From NCBI RefSeq assembly GCF_009914755.1, contig NC_060937.1: a DNA stretch of 64,000 nucleotides; one strand, given 5' to 3'. The position numbers and the translations under genes are program-made. Shown here piece by piece: positions 27,336 through 39,949 of this stretch. The DNA comes from the human T2T-CHM13v2.0 reference genome, Homo sapiens. The notes beneath the pieces were generated by a model, which saw only the letters and a program-made list of their open reading frames with translations, had not been told where the DNA came from and ran no database searches. Within the stretch, counting starts at the first letter, position 1; every line of letters begins with the position of its first letter.

Positions 27336-30300
27336 TCATATATATAATGTATATTATGTATATAAAATATACATTATATGTAAAAATACATTTGAATATA
27401 TCAAAGGTTCAATTTCTATACCTATTGAGGGTAGAAGTGCCTCCTCTACCCAGCTTATAATATTATTTTAATATTAATATAAATGAATTAATAAATACTA
27501 CATAATAAAATAGAAAACTCTTTATTCTGATGATGCTGAATTCACTTCCTAACAGATACACGTCTTTCTAATTACATTTGTATTTTTTCTAGCATTATGC
27601 TTATAGTGCCCTTTTCATTGTATAATCTAGGAAGTAATATATCACAAGGAATTAGAGGAAAAATAATTGATGAAGGTTAACGTGTTTATTCACTGAGAAG
27701 ATTCACATACACAAAAAGTTATAAACATATGCACAGAGTTTTATATGCAACTCTATTGGCATTTTCAAAAAGAAAGTAATCAACAAACTATACTTTGAAA
27801 GTAGAGATAAAATTTTTATGAATTTAATAAGATTTCTTTTAAAATATGTGCTATGTTTGGAGTAGTAGGATTTCGGAGACAAGATTTCATGAGTTTAATC
27901 TGATTTCTTTTTAAATATGTGATATGTTTGAAATAATAGGACTTTGGAAAAGATGATGTGGGACTAAAAAAGTGGGACTAAAAGAGGAATCCATTTGATC
28001 TCTGACCTTGAAAATGTCTTCAGGCCGGAGATATCAGGTTTGAGGCTAAAAGACCATTTATAATAAAACATACACTCCCTAGAAGCTACACAAATTTTCA
28101 GTGACATGTAAATTAAAAAGGATTTTTAATGTATTTCTCAGGCTCTGGCACATGAAACCATTTGAAAAGTTATTGGTGTCAAACATCAAACATATCTCTT
28201 AGCTCTTTTCATGAAGACTTGTAGGTACACGCACACTCAATATCCCTAAGTATTTGTGTATTTTAAGGAACTTGACGTTATAACTTTAATATGTTTTTAT
28301 TTTCCACAAATATCCAATCCAAATGTGTTTTCCATAGAGGCTACACAGGATGAAGCTCAAAAGCAGGTATCAGACCTTGACAAAAAACTAAAGATTCAGC
28401 CAGAGTAGTCAATGAAGACTGAAGTCATCTGCCTCTGTATATTCACATAGCTCCAGGTAAGCCAGTGGCACAGAAGAAATTGGTGCCAGTGAATATTCAA
28501 GAATCATGCTAACCTGCTGAGAAGAGCCTGGAGACACCTTTATACATCTCCACCTCCAACTGCTATATCTACAGAAATGTGGCTTACAAAGGGCAAAGAG
28601 ACTTAAACTGTTTTATGAGCAGTGGGTTGAATTTTAATAGCATCATTAGGCCATGGTGTGTGACTTATTGTCACTCTAAAATGTGCATTATTAAAAAAAG
28701 CAAAAGCTAATAAAAGTGTTAGGTTATAACTTCATCCACAGAAGGTCAGATGGAAGAGTATAGCAAATTGACTGGCTAATTGTACTCATTAAGCATACAG
28801 GTTATCTTAAATTTGTAATATTAATGTGACCTTCAGAGGAAACATGTCTGGAGCATTTGAATAGCAACTTACTCTTTTATTTATTATTGTTTCAGTCTTT
28901 TACATTATCATGTGAAGAAACCAGGGAGAAAATATTGTTGATATTTTATTTCAGCATTCTATGGAATAAAATAAATGCAAGTGGTCTGTTTAAACATATG
29001 CCAAATAATGTTTACATGACCAAGGATTTATGTGAAGCACTTAAAACTCTTAAGAATAGGACTGAAGAATCCACAAATAAACAGAAAATCATGGTTAATA
29101 TCAACAAAATTAACATCAAAATTTTATTATACTTTAAGAAAAGAATTGTAAGAACATGGATAGAAAATTTGCTGCATATGTTTAATAGCTGGGCATAGAT
29201 GGATGTACAATGCTTATAAGATGTATTTTGTAAGCACAGCAGCAAAAGAGATTTTTTTGAATGTGTAACAGGAGCTGCAAGGGGATGTAAAAAATGTCTA
29301 CTTGAATGATGGACACTAGATCTTAATTAAATCTTTCTCTCTGCAGAAGAAGTTGCTGTCTTTTTCACATTGAGGCTGAGATGACAGGGCCCAGTGCTGG
29401 CAGTAGGATATTCTTGGGGAGTCCATCTTCTATTTCACAACCCAGATGAGCTGTTAGTTTGCTGTTGTTGACAATGCCTGGCATCAAATTATTAGAGGAA
29501 TGCTAGGGAGTAAATTAGGAGGTCCTGCTTTTTAGCACTAGGGTTTCTGTTAGAAATTTTTGATAATGTACATTTAATCAACTTAAGTCCTGGGCCTTGT
29601 TTCTACATTTGAAAAATAAAGGTGCAAAGAACCAGATCTGTTCACTACATTTACTGTCCAAGGGCCTTCCATTCTAGTCCATTGTTTAATATGACTTTGT
29701 CAACATTACGAGATAAATCATATTAGTCTTTTTTTAAATGAGAAAAGCCTTAGGTTCAAAGAAGTTAAATAATGTGCCTGAATGTTTGAAGTCTTACTAC
29801 AGTCTAACTCCAAATAAGAATATTGTCATTCTAGAAGGGATAGGCTAGATGAATTATAGTATGAAATGCACAAATGTCAGTATTTCTAGATATGCTCACT
29901 TTTACTGATGACTAAATATAAATTAAATGTAGTAGGGAGTTTCAGATTGTTTTAAATTACCTGTCACAATATGTTACATTCAAAAGATATCCCCTTCTGG
30001 AAATGAGAATATTTAAATTGGATCAGTGCTTCATATGAACATAACTAAAAGAAGTATAATAAATATCTTATTTTTGAAATCTATTGAAAGGCATTGAAAA
30101 GATTAAAATACAGTGAGAAATTATAGGGATAAGGTCAAGGATTAAAAATAATTAGAGAGATGAGCTCATTATTGCAGACAGCTTTCCCCTAGGGATATCT
30201 GACAATTCCAGGAAAAGCTGCTGGGAAGATGAGCAAATGAAATGATCTTTAAACAGGGTCATGAAGAAAATACTGAAAATTTGAACTCAGTGCTCAGCAA

Positions 30301-30870
30301 AATTGACAGTCCTGATAAACTATCAATATCTGGATTGAATAGATAATAGGAATAAGGGTGAATTGAAACTAGACAGACCATTTAGAGACATTTCAGTACC
30401 TGGAATTGGATGTAGGTAATCATAATTGATAAATCCCTTACCTACTAGCTAGAAAAAAACGAATTACTCTCTGGAGGAAGGTAACACCTTTCTAGGTCTT
30501 GAGTTTGTCTGTGTTTTTTCATGTAATTTGGCTAACAATCAGGTACAAGAGGGGACATCATAACATGATGAGAAAACAAGAAAAACAACACATAATAGAA
30601 ACAGAGCTTCCTGGATTCCAGATAATGAAGTTAGAATAAATAGACATTAAAAGAACTATGCTTAATATGTTTAAAGATATAAATACAAATGATGTTAGCT
30701 TTGGAAGAACAATGCTTAAGAAAAAATTAAATGCAAATTCTGAAACTGAATAAAATAATTCAACCAGTGAATTCAGCAGTTGAGAGAATCAGTAAACTAT
30801 AAGATAAATCAGAAAAACTATCCAGACTGAAGCCTAGAGAAACTACAGGGTGGAATAAAAGCAGAGATGC

Positions 30871-31457
30871 TGTATTATTAAAGGTTCTCTAGAGAAACAG
30901 AACCAATAGAATCCTATTATACTCGTCTGTTTCTCTGGAGAACAGAGAATATGTGTGTGTGTGTGTGTGTGTGTGTGCGGGTGTGTATATGTTACATATT
31001 TATAATATATTCATATTCAATTCATATTCATATATTCACGTATACTTACAGATATATACAAAGAGAGAAAGAAAGTTTAAGAAATTGGCCTATAAGATTA
31101 TGAGAGTTTTTTGGCATGTATTCTGTAGGGCAGGCTGCCAGTCTGTACATTCAGGTAAGAAATTATATTGCAGTCTTGAGTTTGAGACTCACAGACAGGC
31201 CAGCAGGCTGGAGAATCAGGCTGGGTCTCTATGTTGCAATCTTGAGGCAGAATTTTTTTTTTTTCTTTTTCAGGAAACCTATCTTTGCTCTTGAGACTTT
31301 AAACTGATTGGATGAGGCCTACCTCCATTATTAAGGATAGCCAAGTTTATTTAATGTCTATGGGTTGTAAATGTGAATCACATTTTAAATATACATCTAC
31401 AGTATTTGAACAAACAGCATAGCCTAGCCCAATTGTCATATAAAATTAATTACCACC
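30871..31457 (-). mobile_element. MLT2 (MLT2C/D-like) ERVL LTR with internal (TG)n
   Basis: TGTATTA...GGTTCTCTAGAGAAACAGAACCAATAG start; AACTGATTGGATGAGGCC; ATAAAATTAATTACCAC end. Confidence 0.85.
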
Positions 31458-31834
31458 GGTGGTAAGAATTAAAATAGATATATTTTATGCATACAATCAT
31501 ATTCATATTTAAAGTCACACCAAGAGAATACAGAAAAAGGAAAGAGAAGCAATAATTGAAGAAAAAATGCTGAGAATATTCAAATAAAATATATCAAGGC
31601 ACAGATTCAAAAAAACTTAAAAATCCCAAAAACTCCGAATTTAAAAAAAAACAAGGCACAATTTTTAATGCAAATGCAAAATTAGAATACAAAAATACTA
31701 GAAGCCCAATGAAACAAGGAAAAAACATAGCAACACAGAAGAATTAAAAGAATATTTTTAAAGAAGTCATGATAGGACTCACAACTCACTTCTCAACAGA
31801 AACTGTGGATGTCTATAAGAATTAAAGTGATATC

Positions 31835-32137
<303 letters not shown>

Positions 32138-32871
32138 GGGATATATCTTCAAGTATTGAAAGAAACTGATTGATATACTAGATTCTGTGCTAGGTAAAAT
32201 TGCCCTTCAAGAAAGTAAGAAAAATAAATATATTTTCTACAAAAATTTACAAAAAAATAGAAGAAGAATTCACAATGAAAGTGGGGTATTTTAACATAGC
32301 CTCTAAGAAACTGAAAATATAAGCAGACTTAAAAAATAATGTCTTTGAAAATTTTAACAATATGACTTGTAAGGCAACTGATAAACACAAAATGTGTATA
32401 TATATTCATATATGTGTATATATTATATACTTACATAATATAAATGTATAACATATTTTTATACACACAAACTTGAAATACCTTAATAACTTCAGAAAAT
32501 ACATTATTTTAGGAACATTGGGACCATTTATAAAATGTACCAAATTCTATTCCATAAAACTAGTTTCAAGAAATATTAAATGATTTATATTATTCAGATT
32601 ATGTACCTGACCAATGTGAAATAAGTTATAAATCAATTATTTTTTAAAGTCACCTGACTGCACCATAAGTTGGGAGATAAAAAATAAGCTTCCAAATAAC
32701 TCATGTAAATGTAAAGAAAATCACAGTAGAAATTAGAAAATATATTTAATGGAAATATAAGGACATATCAAAATTTTAGTAATCTACCCACATCTGTGCT
32801 TAGAGGGAGGTTTATAGCTTCAAATGTCTACATTAGAAAAATAACATAGGCTAAAAAAGTAAGATAATTAT

Positions 32872-33279
32872 TGTATTAGTCTGTTCGTGCATCTCTAAAA
32901 AGAAACAGCTGAGTCTGGGTGAATTAAAGAGGTTTAAATGACTCACAGTTCTGCAGGCTGTACGCAGAGCATAGTGCTGGCATCTGCTCCAGTGAGGACC
33001 TCAGGAAGCTTGCAAACATGGTGGAAAGTGAAGGGGAGCCAGCATGTCACCTGGTGAGTGCAGGAGCAAGACAGAAAATAAGGAGGTTCCAGATCTCTTA
33101 AATAACCATATCTTGAGTGAACTAACTGAGGGAAAACTCACTTATAACCAAGGGGATGGTGCTAAACCATTCATGAGGAATCTGCCCCCATGATATAACT
33201 TCCACCAGGCCTCACCTCCAACACTGGGAATCATGTTTCAACATGAGATTTGGACGGGACAAATAACCAATTTATATCA
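32872..33279 (-). mobile_element. MSTA-like MaLR solo LTR
   Basis: TGTATTAGTC...TATATCA termini; GGGGATGGTGCTAAACCATTCATGAG; 5-bp TSD ATTAT/ATAAT with one mismatch. Confidence 0.9.
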
Positions 33280-33352
33280 ATAATATATATTAAAATATTT
33301 TTAAACATTTAAACATAAAGGAGAGAAAGGAAGGTAAAATATTATTAGCAGA

Positions 33353-33905
33353 GGTTAGGAGTAAGCCACCCAAAATCTGGCCATAAAATTATCTGCAGCA
33401 CTGTAACATGTTCATAATGGCCCTAACTCCTGCATCGGTAGGTTGTGGGTTTACGGGAATGAGGGCAAGGAACACCTGGCCCGCCCAGGGCAGAAAACCG
33501 CTTGAAGACATTCTTAAACCACAAACAATAGCATGAGCGATCTGTGCCTTAAGGGCATGTTCCTGCTGCAGTTAACTAGCCCAACCTATTCCTTTAATTC
33601 GGCCCATCCTTTCGTTTCCCATAAGGGATACTTTTAGTTAATTTAATATCTATAGAAACAATGCTAATGACTGCTTTGCTGTTAATAAATATGTGGGTAA
33701 ATCTTGCAAGCTTCCTGAGGTCCTCACAGGAGCCGATGCCAGCACTATGCTCTGTGTACAGCTCAGCTCTGAAGGCTGTGAGACCCCTGATTTCCCACTT
33801 CACACTCTATATTTCTGTGTGTGTGTCTTTAATTCCTCTAGCGCTGCTGGGTTACGGTCTCCCCAACCGAGCTGGTCTCGGCATGTGGTGCCCAACGTCT
33901 CGGCA
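33353..33905 (+). mobile_element. MER9 (HERV-K9/HML-3) LTR plus PBS fragment and 3'LTR tip
   Basis: AAAATCTGGCCATAAA, GGAATGAGGGCAAGGAACACCTGGCCC, GAGCTGGTCTCGGCA; 6-bp TSD AGCAGA at 33347-33352 and 33906-33911. Confidence 0.9.
33886..33898 (+). other. Partial retroviral primer-binding site (tRNA-Lys type) TGGTGCCCAACGT
   Basis: Lies 2 nt after the LTR terminal CA and matches the Lys PBS TGGCGCCCAACGT with one C>T change. Confidence 0.8.
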
Positions 33906-34341
33906 AGCAGATAAGATAAAAAAATAGAAATAACTGACAAATAATAATTCTATAAAAACCCAGTAAAATTAATAGCCCAAGCTGAGACTGAAGTAAGAAA
34001 AAAGGAAAATACAAATAAATATATGAGAATTAAAAAGAATACTATTATAAAGCATATATTGGCAAATCATTATAAATTATAAAAACTCAACATTTTGTTT
34101 AAAATATAAATTAAATAGTACCTTAAAATGAAACTTATAGCAAATGACATGATGGAATAGAATATGAAATCTATTAAATAAATTATATAATTTAAATATT
34201 TCTTTTGGATAAAATGTCTACATCTATATTGTTTTGCCAATGAATTCTAGAAAGCACTTTTTAAAAAACAAACAAAAATCATGCCTATGAAAAAATTATA
34301 CCCTCTGAGGTCAAAATAAAACAAAGATTTCTATTCTACCT

Positions 34342-35168
34342 ACTTTTTAAAAAACAGTTTTATTGAGATATAATTGATATACAAAACAACGTACACATTT
34401 AATGTATATAATTTGATGAGTTTGGACATATACATACATCCATGATATCATCATCACAACCAATGTAATAAACCTATTCATCATTCCCCAAATATTATTC
34501 TGTCCCTTTGTGTGTGTGTGTGTGTGTGTGGCAAGAAGATTTAACATAAGATCTATCTTAATAAATATTCAAGCGCCCAACACTGTTTTCTAAACTATAT
34601 GCACTAAGTTGTAGAGCAGATCTTTTAAATTTATTCACCTTGTATAATGGTAAGTTTATACTCATTGAATAACTTTATATACCTCCCTGGCAACCACCAT
34701 TCTATTTTCTGCTTCTATAAGCTTAACTTTTTATAATTCATATAAATGGAATCACACAGTGTTTGTCCTTCTGTGACTGACACTTCACTTAACAAAATGT
34801 TTTTAACGTCTATCCATATTACTGCACATGGTAGATTTTCTTCTTTAATGCTTAATAACACCCATTGTGTTTGTGTGTGTGAGAGAGAATGACATTTTCT
34901 TTATCCACTTGGCTGTTGGTGGACATTTAGGAGGTTTCCATATCTTGGCTCCTGTGAATAATGCCACAATGAACATGGGAGTGCAGTTATCTCTTCAAAG
35001 ACAGCTCAAGAAATGAGAGAAAATATGTTCAGATCATATATCTGATAAGGGGTTACTTTTTCAAACATAAACTCCACAAGGCAATGGCAACAAACAAAAA
35101 TTAGTGTTCAAAAATAAGCAAAAGACTAAAGAAGACATATAAATGGTCAACAGGTATAAGAAAAGGTT
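34342..35168 (-). mobile_element. L1MB1/L1MA10-like 3' end (minus strand, 34342-34997) joined to a plus-strand ORF2 segment (34998-35168)
   Basis: TTTATTGAGATATAATTGA... 3' end; orientation flips after GCAGTTATCTCTTCA to AAGACAGCTCAAGAAATGAGAGAAAATA. Confidence 0.7.
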
Positions 35169-35355
35169 GGCAGGGCGCGGTGGCTCATGCCTGTAATCCC
35201 AGCATTTTGGGAGGCTGAGGTGGGCAGATTACGAGGTCAGGAGATCAAGACCATCCTGGCCAACATGGTGAAATCCTGTCTCTACTAAAAATACAAAAAT
35301 TAGCTAGGTGTGGTGGCACTCACCTGTAGTCCCAGCTACTCGGGAGACTGAGGCA
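35169..35355 (+). mobile_element. AluS (Sc-like), 3'-truncated
   Basis: Left arm, A-rich linker and ~55 nt of right arm, stopping at GAGACTGAGGCA; no tail. Confidence 0.92.
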
Positions 35356-36130
35356 TTGACTATTAGAAAATTTCAAATTCAAATCAAACGCAAATAGCAT
35401 TGTATTACAACCAAAATGGCTAAAAAATGTCAATATTAACATATGCATAGAATGGTGAATAGCCAAAACCCTCACACACTGATAACTTTGCCTATTAAAC
35501 TTTAATATATATGTAACCTGTTACCTAACAGGTTTATGTATACCAAGAGAATGTAAGAGAATGTTCACATCAGTGCTGTTTGTAATTTGTACATCACATG
35601 AATAAAAACTCATTCATGATAGTATGTAAATCTAAGTATAAGGACATAACAAAAGAACAATTACAAGCCACACCGGGCAGAAGACATTTTCAGGACAAAA
35701 TTGATAAAGTTCAAATAGCTATCAGAAATAAAATGGATAAATAGCATTATATTCACACTATGGAATACTGTATTTCACTTAAAGATAATACAGCTACATA
35801 CAATACTATGGAATATTTTCACACTTAATATTGGGCAAAGAAGTCAGATATAAAGAAAGCTATACTATATGTTTCGACTTAAAAGTGCAAAATTAGGCAG
35901 TTCTGAATTATAGTTTTAGGAGTTAGGTTAGAAGTTACTTTTGGGTAGTAGGGAATGGATAGTGATTGGAAGTGAAACTAATTTTGTCTTTCTAAAAATG
36001 TGCTTTTTCTTTCCTGAGTGGTGGTAAACATAGGGTCTTTACATCATACTCCATTGAAATCAATATTTATATAGCATTCATTTTTGAATATATGTCATAC
36101 TTCACAACTTAATAATTTAAAAATAAATGT
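35356..36130 (+). mobile_element. Old L1M (L1ME-like) 3' region
   Basis: AAAATGGATAAATAGCATTATATTCACACTATGGAATACT; AAAGAAGTCAGATATAAAG. Confidence 0.55.
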
Positions 36131-37204
36131 GTCAATGTAAAGCTATACAAATAAAAGTTAAGTGAAACAAAGGCAGTTGTTACCTAATAAACCTGGGATA
36201 CATAGATCACCAAATATTATTTAGCAACACATTCTACATGAATTGCTTAATTCCTCTGTACCACCTGACTTGTCTAGAGTAATTTTGGCAATGCCAATTG
36301 CCCAAGGAACACGGCAGGCAATGATTCATTCAAGCCTTAATTAAGTAGAGTTTGTTTACTTCACAAATCTAGGCTATAGTGGCTGTTAATACCTGAAATT
36401 CAGGTAAAAAATGTATCTTCTTGTTAAGTATGTAATTTTTTTTCTATAATTACTTTACTTGAAGCAGGGGCTAACACTTTATTTATTTTATCACACCTCA
36501 AAGACAGTTTAAGTTTCGGTTTCTGTGTTTCATGTCACAAAATTACTGCTTTCATTTGAAAAATATACCTTCATAGAAATGCTGTTTCCCAGCCTCTTCT
36601 TTTCTAAAGTTTAGTTATAAATATGGCATTCTCTGCTCTAAATTCTTATCCTTTCAGATTTCTTACTTCCTTACAATCACTGTTACTCTCACTCAGGTGT
36701 CTTTATATGTTTATCAGTTATTATTTTTCTATCTTTACTATCCTTCTGTCTTGAAAGTTTATCTCTTCTACAACTCTTTGCCTTTCTCTGTCATTCATTC
36801 TGTAAATTACCTTTTCGTATCACCTGCTCACTGACGTCTTAAATGTACCAGAATCTGATCACTGCCTACACAGAAATAATCGATGCACTAAAAACAAGGG
36901 ACAATTTTTAGTTATTAAAATGCTTTACATTTCTAAAATTTTGGCTCCCTGAGTGTTTTCTGCCTTTCTGAACCACTGCCTTCTTTCAGCTTGTTGATAG
37001 AAAATTCTCACTGTGTTTCCTCCTGTTTTTCTGACTACTCTTTCCTGGAGCTTTTGTACATATTATTCCTTTTTTTTCCCCTCGGGTGTCAGTGTTTCCT
37101 ATGAATCTCTCTTTTTCCTTCTGTGATTTACCAAGTCTCTATAAGAATTAAAAAAAAAAAAAACCGTCATGAATCCAAGTTTACTCTATGCTAAGGTCAC
37201 CCAT

Positions 37205-37950
37205 GTTAGTTTAGAGTCCTCTGAAAAAATGATTTGGATGCTAATATTTCATCTGTGAGGAGATATCAGGAAATTGTGGTAGAAAAGCATGAAAGTGAGA
37301 TACGAAAGTCAAGAAAAGAAAAAAAGGTAGATTATTAGACAAGCAACCACTGAGAATATCTGGAGATAAATTCTGCTTGCTAATCATTAGAGTCAGAGTA
37401 GACTATATGATTTTGTGTGCTCAACCATAACTATAAGACGGTGAGGGTATTTATCCATTGCCACATAGAGAATTGTTTCCAAAGTTGCTATTTCCCCTGT
37501 ATCTTTGGCCTATTTATAGATAGAGAAAATTACAGTGTCTGAAAAGAAAAGAAAAGAAAAGAAAAAAACTTTCAGGCAAAGACACATAAGATTTGGTAGC
37601 TGGAAGTCAGGCAAGCGTAGATGAAAATAGAAAGAGGAGAGGGAGTATGGATGAGTACAACTCAGAATCCGCTACAGTCCATCATACACTGCCTGGATCT
37701 AGTCAAATACACCACATAAAATTCATACTGAACTGTCAACAATTTTCTAAAGTAGTAAGTAGTCACAGCTCAAAAAATAATAATAATAAAAGTAAAAGAA
37801 TAATTATTAGGGCAAACCACAGTCCCTATTGATTGATGCAGCTAATCCTAAATCTGAAACACACATTAATGCTCTCCTTTCTGGGTATCTACAACCCATT
37901 CTAACATTCCTTACTCTCAGTAGCACTTATGGTGGTCTAGCTCACTTGCT
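37205..37950 (-). mobile_element. Old ERVL LTR (LTR33A-like, ~37205-37675) with adjacent internal fragment
   Basis: GGAGATATCAGGAAA...AAGTGAGATACG...CAAGCAACCACTG pattern; LTR end GCTACA followed by GTCCA; highly diverged. Confidence 0.45.
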
Positions 37951-37965
37951 GAGTGGATAACTTAA

Positions 37966-38497
<532 letters not shown>

Positions 38498-39089
38498 TAG
38501 TCTTAAATCTTATATACAACAAAATAAATCTTATTAGTCAGAAGAATTAAAAGAAATTAGTGTGAATGCTGTAATCACTATCATCAGCAGGGGCAGAAAG
38601 GGCCAAGAGTATCTCAACCCCTTTCTCAATATATTGTTTCTGGATAAATGTATTATGATTTTGCTATGAAACACACCAAATATTAAATATTTGTTCATAT
38701 AAAATAGCACATATGAAATGCAATTATGTTGTTTTTCTCTAAGTTGACCCTTTAGCCAAATGTTCAGTGGACCAATCTGCTATTCTATAAGATCTATCTC
38801 TTCTGTATACATTAAATATAGAATTAGACTGAGGAACTCCACAGAGATAGGCCTATTAGCTTGTGTATATGTATCACTCTAGGGAGAGAGAGAGAAACAT
38901 ATACATGATATACATATACATATCTTTATATATATACATATATATGTATCTTTTTTAGTGAGTTGAAATTTTTTAAAGAGCAGTGTGTTGAAAAATATAA
39001 CATAAGATTTTCAGAGAATTCTCAGACTATGTTAAAAATAGACACATGAGAAAGTAAGAATGGAAGCCCTTATTCATAAAAAGTGTATT

Positions 39090-39949
39090 TCTTTTTTAAA
39101 AAAACTTTTAGGGGTTAAAAAACCCCTTTAGGGGAAAGTAGAGGGGTCCATGTGCAGGTTTGTTGTATAGGTACACTTGTGTCATGGGAGATTGTTGTAC
39201 AGATTACTTCACCACTCAGGTATTAAGACTAATATCTATTAGTTATTTTTTTCTGATGCTCTCTCTCCTCCCACCCTCTATCCACCCTTAGGTAGGCCCC
39301 AGTGTGTTTTGTTCCTGTCTATGTGTCCATGGGTTCTCATCATTTAGCTCCCATTTATAAGTGAGAACAGGTGGTATTTGGTGGTTTTTTGTCCTACATT
39401 AGTTTGCTAAAAATAATGGCCTCCAGATCTATCCATGTTCCTGCGAAGGACATGATCTCATTCTTTTTATGGCTGCATAATATTCCATGGTGCATATGCA
39501 CCACATTTTTACTAAATTTTTTTTAAACACTCTACCAATAATGGGGATTTAGGTTTATTCCATGTCTTTGCTATTGTGAATAGTGCTATAATGAACATAT
39601 ACCTGCATGGGTCTTTATAATAGAATGATTTATATTCTTTGAGGGTATATATCCAGTAATTGTAACTCTGTTTATATGTATTTGAGGAATCACCACAGTG
39701 CTTTCCACAATGCTTGAAAAAATTTACACTCCTAACAATGTATAAGTGTTGCTTTTTTCCCACAACCTTACCAGGATGTATCACTTTTTGCTTTTTAATA
39801 ATAGCTATTCTGACTAGTGTGAGGTGATATCTCATTGTGGTTTTGATTTGCCTTTCTCTAATGGTCAGTGATGTTTAGCTTTTTTCATGTGCTTGGTGGC
39901 TGCCTGTATGTCTTCTCTTGAGAAGTGTCTTTTCATTTCCTTTGCCCAC
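39090..39949 (-). mobile_element. L1PA (L1PA13-like) 3' ~0.9 kb, 5'-truncated
   Basis: CATGTGCAGGTTTGTT...TGTACAGATTA...CATCATTTAGCTCCCA; ORF 39512-39835 (MRYHLTLVRIAIIKK) resembles the ORF2 C-terminus. Confidence 0.9.

Noticed and set aside
28857-29245. 113-aa and 77-aa overlapping ORFs in unique DNA
   Set aside because: AT-biased composition, non-ATG start for the longer one, no splice or domain support.
39095-39140. AGGGGTT/AACCCCT mini-hairpin at an L1 tail
   Set aside because: Only a 7-bp stem in a degenerate tail region; too short to interpret.
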